From Octopus vulgaris (taxonomy: Eukaryota), in contig OX597814.1 of the NCBI GenBank assembly GCA_951406725.2, positions 13,268,001 to 13,332,000 of the forward strand: a stretch of 64,000 bases of DNA. Direction: 5' to 3'. The translations under genes and the position numbers were made by a program. The notes beneath the pieces were generated by a model. The model was not told the origin of the DNA. It made no database searches and saw nothing but the letters and a program-made list of their open reading frames with translations. Every line of letters begins with the position of its first letter. Within the stretch, counting starts at the first letter, position 1. Positions 12,835-25,829 of this stretch are shown here, one piece after another.

Positions 12835-13296
12835 CTACCGGCTTCCATCTTCAGAAAGATGGCACCAGCATAAACCTGAAACTGTGACAGGTAAAGATGA
12901 TGTTACAGTATTCTGAGACATGCCAATCAACATCGATAAAGAAATCAAGGCAAACAGGCCGGACATAAATGTGCCCATTAAAGAAATTGAGAAGTTATCT
13001 AAGTACAAAGACCTAGAAATAGAAGTGACCAAGGTGTGGCCAATGAAAAGCAGTACAGCACCAGTGGTGACTGCAACGTTAGGGCTAATTAAAAAGGGCC
13101 TTGATTAGCAGCTCAGCAATCTCCCTTGCAGTGTTAACGTGGGAGAACTTCAGAAAATAGTGTTGCTAGATTCCGCACACATTTTACGCCGTGTACTCTG
13201 CATGAGATGTGGCCCAGCTGTGATCCTAGGGTCAAGGGATGACTCCGGTTCAGCAGAAGACAGCTGACCATATTTTATTTAAAAACGTAATAATAA
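12835..13296 (+). mobile_element. Dong/R4-clade retrotransposon 3' fragment (RLE domain)
   Basis: WHQHKPETV...F*DMPINIDKEIKANRPDI...KLSKYKDLEIEV...LQKIVLLDSAHILRRVL, then a short 3'UTR ending in taataataa. Confidence 0.85.
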
Positions 13297-13299
13297 ATT

Positions 13300-13790
13300 C
13301 TCTGATGACATGCCAGACAATGGCTCTCATATCTTCTGATCTTAACTAATTGGAAGTGTTATCAAGGACATTGTTTTGCCTTCGCATAAAATATGAGCTA
13401 CCACAGATATCCTTGTCATTCGTTTGACCATAACCAGTTGAGAATGTCTCTTGGTGGCTGACAATATGTGTATCTATGATCCCGAGCAGAAGTAGTGGGG
13501 AAGCATCATAGCCATATGTTGAGATAATTCTTTGGGATTTGAATCATTCACCTCTGGAAACATGAGGGTTTAATTCATCATCCTGAAACAAACCTTATTC
13601 AGGGACCTCTTGAGCATGATGGGCTACTCAACCTGAAGAAAAATCTAACTGGGTCCTACCTGCAAGATCATGCACTGTTTATCTTGATATAAGATCACCA
13701 TGTCGCGCACATGTGGTTGTGATGCATGAGCGTGGTGTACCCTTACTAGACGGGTATGATCATAGCTATATGGGCATCACATAATATTAC
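13300..13790. repeat. Interspersed repeat fragment of uncertain class
   Basis: Higher-GC block resembling a common octopus dispersed repeat (from recall only). No second copy in the window. Confidence 0.35.
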
Positions 13791-14134
13791 CTCAGTGTTA
13801 CTTTCATGTGCTGCTCTTTCTCTCAATAATAATAATCATATTTGTATATCCACTGTATTTAGAATCGATGTAATCCTACTCATATGCGAAGTAGTATTTA
13901 CCAGATATGTGAGAATGCTGAACACTAGACATATATCTTACCTGTGTACATATACAAATACACAGATCTATAACCACAATAGAAACACATGTAACAGATG
14001 AATAACCGTGCTTTGACACATAAGTAATCCTCATACACGATTTGCATTATATTTATACGATGAGTATGCATATACATTCATACATACACACACACGCACA
14101 CACACATGTTTATGTATATATAGCTATATATATG

Positions 14135-14165
<31 letters not shown>

Positions 14166-14201
14166 GTTATTATGTGTGTCTTTATATACTTGTATATATC
14201 G

Positions 14202-14242
<41 letters not shown>

Positions 14243-14253
14243 TACATACATAA

Positions 14254-14344
<91 letters not shown>

Positions 14345-14425
14345 AATATATATTTTTTTCAAGAAACAACGGCCATTCAACACGTTGGAGTCCGGCTTTA
14401 ACTGCGCTGTCTCCCTCTCTTTGTG

Positions 14426-14465
<40 letters not shown>

Positions 14466-15219
14466 CGTGTGTGTGTGTGCTTCCGTGTGTGAGCATGTGT
14501 ATATGTATATCAATGTATATATGTATATGCGTGTGTGTCTAAACAAAATGAAGGACTTTGCAATACATAATAGTGGTGAATTCAAAGCTTCTCTGGCATC
14601 TACAGCAAGAATGCCGTGAATTATCCTCTTGGCCTTTAGCTAACGCACTTATGACATACACATATGTAAATCCATCATTACAATTTGACTTCATATAAAA
14701 AAAATATTAAGAAATGATGCGCACAAAATTTCTTTCTAAAATATCAACATGTGTTGAGCATTACCACCATTCTACTTATAGAAGAATGAAATAAAAAAAT
14801 ACGAATTAACAAAATGGCAAAATGCTTTATTCTATTCTTTTGTGATTTACAGCTGACTTGCATTCACCTCGTTGCATTTGCATATTGGCAAAGAGCGTGT
14901 TTAAGATATCAAATATTTAAAAAAAATGTGTCGTACGTTGTAAATACAGCATATTCTTCAAGCACTATACTTTCTACATATGCGTTGCTCTACCATGTAT
15001 CAAATGATGTGATGCATATTCGAAGTCGATTACTTATCCTTTCTTTATATTCTCCCTGAATAAATAAAAGTCAATTTCCCGGAATTTTCTACGATAATAA
15101 AGCAAAGATATGTAAAGAAAAGCAAAATATTTCTTTCTTTATCTCTTTATCTTACGCAATATATTCAAATGTGAAAGCTCAGCATTTTACTCAATACAGT
15201 TTTAACTTGGGATAATATA

Positions 15220-15395
15220 CTGGTTTCAAATTTTGGCACAAGGCAAGCATCTTTGGGGAAGAAGATAAATCGATTAGATGAGACCCCAGTGCTCTACTGG
15301 TGTATATTTTTACGACCCCGAAAGGATGAAAGCCAAAGTCAACGTCGGTGGATTTAAATACAGAACGTAAAGATGCTGCTAAGCATTTTGCCTGT
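15220..15395 (-). mobile_element. SINE family B, degenerate partial copy
   Basis: gaccccagtgc...ctggt...cgaccccgaaaggatgaaag matches the 16086-16320 copy. Confidence 0.7.
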
Positions 15396-16085
15396 GGACA
15401 ATATATTGTAGATTCTAAAACCAATACCGTCATTCGAGTTCTACGGGCGAAAGGTTTTCAGAAATGAATGTTCTGCCCTACAATATTCGTTGTGAAATGA
15501 GACACGTCTTCGATATATCCCGGAAAATATCTATAGGAAGTTACAGCATACTTCGATTATTTTCCTTTGTGTGGATGAAGGCCCACGAGAGTTCCAGAGA
15601 AGCTGAACCTCGGAAATACGAATCATTTGTTCGCGGACTTTTCAGTGAAGACAATCACAGTAAGAGATAACTGGTACTCCTCAAATATGTTTTAGTTCCT
15701 GGATTTCGAGTAGTATGAGATAATATAATAAAGCGTGACAGTTTTGGGTCTCAATTCCAAACCACCTCTCATGGCACTATCTCTAAAGACTGGTTTCTCG
15801 TTTTCGCCGCAACAATATTTAAACAAAATTTGCAACTGTTGGTACAAATTCGAGTCACACACTCTACATATTCGAAAACATTTCTCAAGTATTCAATGCA
15901 TGTTCGCATGAAATGTATTGAGAGGCATTACGGTTACTGCAAGATACTATTTCCGAAACCAAAGGTACTCAGCAGCTAATCGAGGATAATAGTGTCTGTA
16001 ACTGGACTACGCCTGACCAGGTTAGGATGACGCCATTAAAATCACGAAGGTATCGGTTCACATATAAGAAGGCATGTCTCAAATA

Positions 16086-16322
16086 TATTTCTTTACTACC
16101 CACAAGGGGCCAAACACAGAGAGGACAGACAAGGACAGACAAACGGATTAAGTCGATTATGTCGACCCCAGTGCGTAACTGGTACTTATTTAATCGACCC
16201 CGAAAAGAATGAAAGGCAAAGTCGACTTCGGCGGAATTTGAACCCAGAACGTAACAGCAGACGAAATACGGCTACGTATTTCGCCCGGCATGCTAACGGT
16301 TCTGCCAGCTCGCCGCCTTTTT
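16086..16322 (-). mobile_element. tRNA-derived SINE family B with 13-bp TSD
   Basis: Head ggcgagctggcagaa...ggttcaaattccgcc (A/B boxes). TSD catgtctcaaata at 16073-16085 and 16323-16335. Confidence 0.9.
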
Positions 16323-17099
16323 CATGTCTCAAATAGTTTAGTGTCGAGTTCAACCTCGACTGTATAAGTATCGGTACTCTATTTGGTCATTATCTTGAAG
16401 TCATTTTGAATGAAATACGGGATGAGTGGCAATTATTAAGAAATCTGCCCCCCCACCATATATGAGGTGAGTGCAGATAGATTCTGTGGTGTTGTAGCTC
16501 TTAAGAATCATCCTTTTGCCTAACGGCATTTGATTGATTGATTATGCTAATATTCTGATAGACGTGTCACAAATATGTAGCCATAAATAATTCGATGCAG
16601 AGCACTTATAGCATATCAATAGTTTAAGCACAATGACCTAGATTAAATGCAATGGAATAGCCCACCGCTGAGAAAATAATAATATGTCATAAATGAAGTC
16701 ACATATAATGTAAGTAATTTAAATTCAATAGAGGCGAAGAACTATGAGATCTAAATGGGATACCAGAATATCTCTGCTGCGAATTATTATTTCATATAAT
16801 CAATAAAAACGAACAAAATAAAGAAACAAAAAATTGACTACAAAAATAAGTAAATAAAATATTTGCGAAACATAAATATAAATGTAATCAAGAAAGTAAT
16901 CTTTGTTGATATAGAAGAAAAATTCTCATTAACAAACACGAACACTATGCATTTAAAAATGAAAGAAATATTAACTCGTATTCAATTATTTTCTCCTCAA
17001 TGTTCTTGCTTCGATGTTTTTCAATTAAACGTATGTGTCATATTTCGAATAAGATTTCAAATGAAGTTCATGTTGATTCTCAATTATTATAAATAGAAA

Positions 17100-17400
17100 T
17101 AGACATAGGAGTGGTTGTGTGGTAAGTAGCCTGCTTACAAACTACATGGTTCCAGGCTCAGTCCTACTGCGTGGCACCTTGGGCAAGTGTCTTCTACTAT
17201 AGCCTAGGGTCGTCTAAAGCCTTGTGAGTGGATTTCGTAGACGGAAACTAAAAGAAAACCCTCGTATATATGTATATATATGTATATATATACATATGTG
17301 TGTGCGTGTATGTTTGTGTGTCTGTGTTTGTCCCCCTACCATCGCTTGACAACCGATGCTGGTGTGTTTACGTCAGCGTAACATAGCGGTTAGGCAAAAG
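17100..17400 (+). mobile_element. SINE family A, 3'-truncated
   Basis: ggagtggttgtgtggtaagtagc...ctgcgtggcaccttgggcaagtgtc, homologous to 8854-9270. Confidence 0.85.
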
Positions 17401-17830
17401 GATCCTGCCAAAAACGCCTCAGCCGTAACGGCTACATGTTCTCTACTACAGCGCACAACCAGAACGAACCATAATGCTGAAACTGCTGCTGGTGCAAAGG
17501 CTGCAGAGTCAACAGCACAGCACACAGATTGCCAGACTTTGAATGCTGCTTTAATATCCACTGCAATGGCTCCAGAAACGGATGAACAAAGGACAATCCG
17601 ACTTCAAACCAATGCAAACATGAAGGCCCTGCATAGAGACACATCAAAACCATCGATCAATCGGTTGACTTTTAAAGCACTTCTTTACAACCTTGCCGAA
17701 GACTGCGCTTCCTACCATCGGACATACGTCAATTATTTTTCCATTCTCTACATCATGGAAAGTGTTCAGGAGAACCCATAAGGTTATGCTGCTCAAACCT
17801 TCACATCTACTCCAAACCGTAGCCGTTAGC
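17401..17830 (-). mobile_element. Decayed RTE-like LINE 3' fragment
   Basis: Minus-strand remnants GSAVFGKV...WF and KVWQSVC resemble the RTE ORF C-terminus. Many frameshifts. Confidence 0.4.
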
Positions 17831-19932
17831 AATCATACTTCATACAAGCTTTTCGTTGATATTTGCTACGTTTCCGTGATTGCTGTTGACAGTATATTAC
17901 CTTCAATGTCCCTTCTTATTTCACGCACGCTGTTCGCTCATAAGTGTGCTCTGACATTTATTTTTGTACATGCCATTATTCTATTTGTGTGTTTGCTATA
18001 AATGTTTGGTTTTGTTTATCATACATGACTTTCAAAGAAAAATGCTTCAATGCAGCTGTGCTCTGCATTACGAGTAGAATAACTACATGCTGCAAAACGC
18101 TTCACGTAAGATATATGATCCCGAATGACTACTGAAATTGCGATCTCATTTCATGGACTTCCATTTATTACTAACTGCCAAATTTGTGTTAAAAGAACTT
18201 TATTCATTACCTAAGTTGCATAATGCAGGGTTAGGCTAACGAACATTACCACTTGTCAGTGGGGACTACATGCTTTATTGAAAGGAAAATATCGAAGTTA
18301 TTTAAAAGAAGGTTGGCATTTTTTAGCCCAGAGCTGAGAATTGTAATAAGGAGTATACAGGTGGCAGTCGATAAAGCCAGCTTCTGTATATGGCTGAAAC
18401 GAGAAGACCCAAAATGGCTCGAAAACCATAACATGTCGACTAGGAAATAGCGTCGCATTCTGGATTTATTTAAATACTGTTATGTTTTATATTAATGGAC
18501 AGTCCGAGAAATTTCTCAGTTCATTTTACGTTTCTCGGATACCTTGCCCGTAAATATATAATGTGAAGCCATATATGAAAGTAATTTTACTTGAATATTT
18601 TTAAGCTATGCAGAAAATTTTATTATTTTTGCTTAAGAATATTTCAACACAATACCATTTCAATAACCATTGAGATTCATATACTAATGGAGTTTTTGCC
18701 TCAGTATTATCTTTGAACTGAAGCAGATAGGATAATAGACAATAACAGAAATTGAAGTGGCGACATTTTCGCGAGTTATATTAGCACGGTGACCCTATTG
18801 CGAAAGCGTACAGCTACATATAATTTTATTCATGCGATAGCAAGTTGAAAGCGCTACCAAATGATAAATACATTTCGCGAAGTTAGCTGTATCCTGTTGC
18901 ATAAACGATTCTTCCGTTGGTTTCACATGACTAAAACATTTCTTGATTTGCTAACGACTTTGAAATTATCTAAGCTCATGCATTCATATACGTGAATAAA
19001 TTGTTTATATGAATTGTGATCGATGTACAAATTATTTTAAAACATTGCTAATAACAATATGTAGTCTTAATAAATGAACTGGAATATATAAGTCATTTGA
19101 TGTTACTTCAGTTAGAACTGAACGAAATGAAAGAACGGAATGAAAACTTTTGAAACATTTTAAGTAAAGTAAATACTTACAGACTTTTGAGAAAAGTAAT
19201 GCCATCGGCGACGAAATACATCAATTTGGCTACTCATTTTCGAATCGATCAAAATGTATTAAGAATGTACATGAAAGCCATTGAATTGATACACCTTGTT
19301 CAAAATGCACATGAACACGGACCGGCGAAAATTTTATTTGCTGAAGATGTAAACGTGGGCAACAGCTCTTGTTACATTGATTTGTTTCCCGAAGTACTAC
19401 TGTCAAACGAAATACAACGATATAGTAACAACGGTCGTTCCAGAAACACGTCTTACTAGTGAATCAAGTATCTTATGAAAACATTAGCTCTAAAGTAGAA
19501 TCTAATTTCTTGTGACGATACACAACAGCGACTACGGTATTCAGATTCGAATCTGCAGCACCGCATTCAGTATAAATAAGCATATCTATGTGTGTGTGCG
19601 TGCGCAGGTGCGTATATACATGCATACATACACAGGTTGTGAACTGAATTCAAACATATAGATTCTTCTAAAGATTTAGTGGAAATCACTCGAATTTATT
19701 GCAGTTAAGCATTGAACGTGCAACATTCAAGTTTCTGAACTTTTTCAAATGTTTTCCATATACCTCTCGTGAGAGCAGGAAGTTACTTCATATATTAATA
19801 CTTTGGTTGCCGATGATAATCTTACATATTAGTTTTTAGGCTATATTTAGTTCCAAATTCATTTAGACCAACTTACTAGCACGAAAGCGATTATGTTTCT
19901 ATATCTGCTTGTGTCTGTACATACATGAACGT

Positions 19933-19984
<52 letters not shown>

Positions 19985-20621
19985 GCACGCACACATACAC
20001 ACACACCTACACACACACGCACACACACACACATATATATATATATGTGTGTGTCTGTGTGTGTGTATGTGCCTGAGTCTGTGTGCGTAGGTGGACGGAT
20101 GTGAAGATCATAAAACAATACTCTTACGGTTACGGGTACAATAAAAAGTGAATATTAATTAAAAAAATGGTGATTTCTTGACTTGGATTTAGTAGAAATA
20201 TCTGCACTAATAAAATATTAGACACATAAAGAAAGAGATAATATTTAAGAGAATATTCTGTTTGAATCACGCTGTTTGTAACAAGTAGAAATAATTCACC
20301 AGAACCAGTAAATAAAGCAGCAAACATTTAGAGAAATGTATTCTTTAATATTCGATAGCCAGAGAAGAATTACATTCTCTTAACCACAGGTACAGATTAA
20401 TAGAGGCAATATAAAAGACAACGAAATACTCATCTTTCAAACACACGATACATCTTAGTCATCATTCTCATCATCAAAAGTTATTCTTCTAAAATATTTA
20501 TAGACGCTAGCGAAATCTCTCTTTAGGAGCGAATTGTAACATCTACTATCCTTCACTCGCCCTAGGACGCTGGATGTATCTCGGCATGTGACTGTAACAA
20601 ATATGCAGTGTAAATAATAAC

Positions 20622-20740
<119 letters not shown>

Positions 20741-20754
20741 TAATAATAATGATA

Positions 20755-20822
<68 letters not shown>

Positions 20823-20825
20823 TAT

Positions 20826-21105
20826 TTGCTACCAGGTGTTCAGTAAGAGTTTGTCTATCAGAAGTTGGTCTTTTGTCCCTCGGTTTTACCTTCTACACAT
20901 TTTCTGTTCCTCTGGCAGTTTGTCATATATTTCCCAGAAGTAACACACATAATTTGATTTTATTTCTGTCATCAACTTCCACTTGTGGCCAGGCAGGTGA
21001 TAGGCCGGTAATTGTCCACTGCATTGCCTTTGCTGACATCCTTTTGGCAAAAAATTATTCTACTTGTGGTCAGCCAGTTTGGGATATGAAACACATGTTT
21101 TGATC
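20826..21105 (-). mobile_element. R4/Dong RT fragment, inverted
   Basis: Minus strand: [29 protein letters not shown]...LPEEQKMCRR*NRGTKDQLLIDK. Confidence 0.85.
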
Positions 21106-21124
21106 ATTTGGTCCCAAAAGTAAA

Positions 21125-21700
21125 GAACAGTACTACCCGAACAGACTACAGAAATGTTACGAACATAAAGCAGGAGGAATGACAGAGAACAAGGAACATA
21201 AGATACAGTGGGATTTTACGATCCAATGTGATTCCCTAATCGAGGCACGGAGACCAATAAAGGAAAGAAGGAAACCAAGATCATAGATATTGCAATACCT
21301 AGATATGTGCGGATAAGTGACAAAGAACAAGCAAATATTGAAAAATAGAGACTACTAAAAGACGAAATTGCAAGTATGTGGACTATAAGGAGAGTGTCTG
21401 TCATTCCAGTAATTGTAAGGGCACCTGGAGCACTAAGAAATATGTCAAAGGAATTGGAATTGACATGAGAGCAGAGCAAGGCCCCAAATCTGCTCTGTTG
21501 GGGACAGATAGGATTTTGTGATTGGTACTTGGATGTCGAATATATTCTACGATAAATAGCAATCAAGTATAAAAGCTTATGATATGCGGAAAGATATCTT
21601 GTGAGACCTCTGACGGTATGTTGCTGTCCGTTCTTCCAGGATCTGCCAGAACAAACAAGACTGGACGTTCTGAGAATTAAAATAACAACAACAGCAATAA
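21125..21700 (+). mobile_element. R4/Dong RLE fragment plus 3'UTR
   Basis: YEHK...KIQWDFTIQCD...KIIDIAIP...IEK..LLKDEIASMW...VIPVIV.A.GAL. Confidence 0.8.
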
Positions 21701-21847
21701 TAACTTGTTGTCTCTTGAGGTCTCTCGGTCAGACATGGAGTCAACTTGTATGAATACAAGGCAAATGTTAAACGTACAATATTAATGATAATGATAATAA
21801 TAATAATGATGATGATGATGATGATGGTGAGGATAATGATGATGATA

Positions 21848-21882
<35 letters not shown>

Positions 21883-21887
21883 AATAA

Positions 21888-21928
<41 letters not shown>

Positions 21929-21932
21929 ATAG

Positions 21933-21967
<35 letters not shown>

Positions 21968-22009
21968 ATATTATTAATAATAATAATAACAACAATAAAA
22001 ATAATAATA

Positions 22010-22525
22010 ATGCATCAAGAACGGATTTGACAAAGCAAAAACTTGACAAAGCAAAAAACCGAAGGCATAATCGAAAATGATAATACAAAGATCGTATGGA
22101 ATTTTATTATTCATTGCGTCTATCAGATAGAGAATAGGAAACCAGACATAACGTTAACTGGAAAATAAAGCAAACGAAGTTGGATCATAGATATAGCATG
22201 CCCAGCTGACAATAAGGTATGCGATGAGGAAGAAAGAAAAGTCAATAGAAATAACAGATTTGCTTGGGAGGTTAAGCAGTCATGGTCGCTGAAAGAGGTG
22301 GTAGTAGTAACAAAAAATTGTCGGAACCCTGGGAACAGTGAGTAAAGTCTTCAGAGGTACATGGAACAAATAGGGACTGCAATAAGGGTGGAACGCTTGC
22401 AGATAACAGCACTGTGTGTAAATGCAGGAATACTCCGGATGGTGTTCCAAAGTTAAGCTGTGTTACCTTACTTCACTCTTAGCGAAGAACCAACACCGCA
22501 TTAGAAGCTGTACAATGAGAGTAAG

Positions 22526-22527
<2 letters not shown>
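22010..22527 (+). mobile_element. R4/Dong RLE fragment (same family as 25830-27662)
   Basis: ENRKPDI...WIIDIACPADNKVCDEEERKV...IVGTLGTVSK. 3' end gttacctta...ttagaagctgt matches 27590-27662. Confidence 0.85.
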
Positions 22528-22607
<80 letters not shown>

Positions 22608-23304
22608 GATGTAAAGTCTTAGCACCAGTGGAGTATAAATTAAGACATGACAGAGTTGGCCAATATCTCCACTGGCTAATAAGTCGGCATTACAATATCA
22701 AAACTGCCGACAAGTGGTATAATCACCACCCTGAGGCTGTAACTGAAGGAGAAAATGTAACCATTCTATGGGACTTTCCAGTACATACAGACCGAACCAT
22801 CAAGGCCAATAAACCAGATATTGTTGTGAAAGACCAAAACAATAAAGTTTGCTTATTGATCGACATGAGCATCCCCTGTGATCATAATATCTCAGCGAAA
22901 GAGTTTGACAAGCTCAGAAAATATAAAGACCTACTCATTGAAATTGAGAAAATGTGGCATCTCAAGGCGGTTACAATACCAGTGATCGTAGGAGCACTAG
23001 GAATGATCAAGAAGGGAACCGAAAATTATATGAGAATGATCCCTGGCTTACCATCCCTGCAAGAAGTGCAAAATATTGTCTTAACTGGTACATCACACGT
23101 ATTGAGAAGAGCATTGTCGATGTGAGAACTGTTGCTGCTCATGTATTTTAATTTAACTTTAAAAAAAAAAAAAAAAAAAAAAATGAACGAACTACTGAGT
23201 TTGGTTTAATGGCCTACCAATATACACTATGAGTTTCTTTGCTCTAGGAGTCGGGAAAACACTCGGCAAGAAATGGAAGAAGATTTGAAAGAAGAAAAAA
23301 AAAA

Positions 23305-23305
<1 letters not shown>
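22608..23305 (+). mobile_element. 5'-truncated young Dong/R4 copy, open RLE ORF 22628-23125
   Basis: RHDRV...ILWDFPVHTDRTIKANKPDIVV...LIDMSIP...KLRKYKDL...IPVIVGALG. Flanked by (TAA)n on both sides. Near-identical to 31973-32660. Confidence 0.95.
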
Positions 23306-23357
<52 letters not shown>

Positions 23358-23358
<1 letters not shown>

Positions 23359-23518
23359 TTTTTTATGTATTAGACATTCACTAGTACAACACCAAAAAAA
23401 CCCAAATATATATGGCACACTAGGCATATTAACAACGTGAACTTCCAGCCTGTTGTCTCTTGAGGTCTCTGGGTGAGACTTGGAGCCAACTTGTACAGAC
23501 ATAAAACAAAAGTCAAAC

Positions 23519-23520
<2 letters not shown>
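23358..23520 (+). mobile_element. Isolated R4/Dong 3'UTR fragment
   Basis: tagacattcactagtac...gttgtctcttgaggtctctgggtgagacttggagcc matches 30500-30660 and 21705-21780. Confidence 0.85.
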
Positions 23521-23581
<61 letters not shown>

Positions 23582-23592
23582 TGATGATGATG

Positions 23593-23626
<34 letters not shown>

Positions 23627-23709
23627 TAAAGAAGAAGAAAAAGAAGAAGAAGAAGAAGAAGAAGAAGAAGAAGAAGAAGAAGAAGAAGAAGAAGAAGAAG
23701 AAGAAGAAA

Positions 23710-24365
23710 CCATCCCCATTAGAAGAGGAATATTCTAGGGAGAACCGCTCTTCACTCCTTTTCTTCTTGGCACTGACCTATATCTGACGTGATAAACAGA
23801 ACTGGATGCGGATACAAGTGTTACGGCAAAACAATCAGCAATCTATTAGATATGGACGTGCTGAAACTGTACGCTACAAATGATAAACAGCTGGAAACAC
23901 TACTACAGACAGTAAATGGATTTACCAAAGAAACAACCATGAAATTTTGCTCAGAAAAGTGTGCCGAAGCAACTTTGAAAAAGGGAAAACTAGTTAAGAG
24001 TAGCATCATGACACTAGATAAAGCAAATGAAATAAGATAATTAGACCAAAGCCAGACATACAAATATTTAGCCATCAAGGAACTAGAAACGGTAAAACGC
24101 ACACAAATGAAATAGAAATTTTAAAAATAAGATAGACGATTTAGATTAATACTAAAAAAAAGTGCTCAATGCGAAAAACAAGATAATAGGTATCAACACT
24201 TTAGCCGTCCCAGTTATAAGTTACAGCTACCATAGCCTTAACTGGACACTAAAGGAACTAATCAAAATAGACAGGAAAACACGAAACATAATGGCAGGAT
24301 TTAAGATGCAACCCCCAGAATCTGACATAGAAAGTTTATATATACAACGTATAGAAGGTGGTTGA
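23710..24365 (+). mobile_element. R4/Dong RT core fragment
   Basis: RRGI...SSLLF.LAL, ISNLLDMDVLKLYA (YMDD motif decayed), KC, NAKNKIIGINTLAVPVISYS...RIEGG. Confidence 0.85.
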
Positions 24366-25211
24366 AGGTGGTATTATTCATGATAAAAATTATAAAAATA
24401 ACATCAGAAAATAGTTTGAATATATAGTAATTTTACACAAGGATAAATAAATTAGGACAATATGAGGTTTTTCATACTCAGGGATACTACTAAATCCGTA
24501 TTGAATTCCATCATAAGAAATTGTCATGGAGACACAGCACTCTCTACAAAATATATACTACGGAAAAGTTATCTTAATATATTACAATATAAAATCACCT
24601 AAAGTATACTCACTGAAAATATAAACATTTCTCTACCATGGTTACAAAAACAGCGAATACATAACCAAAAGCGGACGAGATTTGATTATGCATGGCATAG
24701 AGAAAAAATTCACTAAATGTCACTGCAGACTTAGGAAATTTAAATTCCATTTTTATATGAAGTACAAACAAAAACAAAAAACTGCATGTTTTTATTGTGT
24801 TGAATCAAAAAAAAGTCATCTTATACATATGAGTCAAATGAAAATATCAAGTTCGAATAAAATTAAGCAAATACCACGAAGCATATTCTATTCAATCAAC
24901 ATCTATATATTACCCTGTAACAAAGGATAAATACATATAGGTCTTACCAAGAAATTGTAAATGACATAAAACTTACTAAATACCAAGTTAAACATGAACA
25001 TTCAAGAGAAAAAGTTGTACCCAGAAAATACTAAAAAAAACAACCCAAAAGCTTAACTTTACATGATTATTGTATCAAAGAAAACGCAATAACAAAGAAA
25101 GTTCCATGTAATAAAAATTCTACTTCCTCGTATATGACAATTCAGCATGCAACTCAAGAAAACTGAAAAAGAAACGCTTATGGAAAAATGTTAAAAAGGA
25201 TAAACATGATG

Positions 25212-25243
<32 letters not shown>

Positions 25244-25292
25244 CATCATCATCAAGCACATCATTTCCCCCCTTATCATCAATAATAATGCA

Positions 25293-25351
<59 letters not shown>

Positions 25352-25355
<4 letters not shown>

Positions 25356-25630
25356 TAGAATGTGGAACCTGAAAACAGAAACAATTCCTATCATAGTAGG
25401 TGCATTAGGCATGATAAAAAAATATTCAGACAAATACATAACAAAAACACCAGGACTTACAAACACATATAACATACAGAAAATTGCACTACTAGGCACT
25501 GCACACATCCTACGCAGAACTATATCCATACAATAACCATCAGAGCATCACAACAAATCACAGCACATACCCAAGGCACACAGAGCTGCGCTCGGTAGTG
25601 AAGTGAAAGCACGCTATAAAAATAAAACTA

Positions 25631-25635
<5 letters not shown>
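25352..25635 (+). mobile_element. R4/Dong extreme 3' fragment
   Basis: TRMWNLKTETIPIIVGALGMIKK...IQKIALLGTAHILRRTI plus 3'UTR, between (TAA)n tracts. Confidence 0.9.
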
Positions 25636-25721
<86 letters not shown>

Positions 25722-25829
25722 TTAATAATAATAATAATAATGAGGAGGAGAAGAAGAAGAAGAAGAAGAAGAAGAAGAGGAGGAGGAGGAGGAGGAGGAG
25801 GAGAAGAAGATGAAGAAGAATGTACAGAT

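Noticed and set aside
24380-25190. Possible PLE GIY-YIG remnant inside the R4 cluster
   Set aside because: Only a YIGLT-like fragment is visible in A-rich sequence. Too weak to call.
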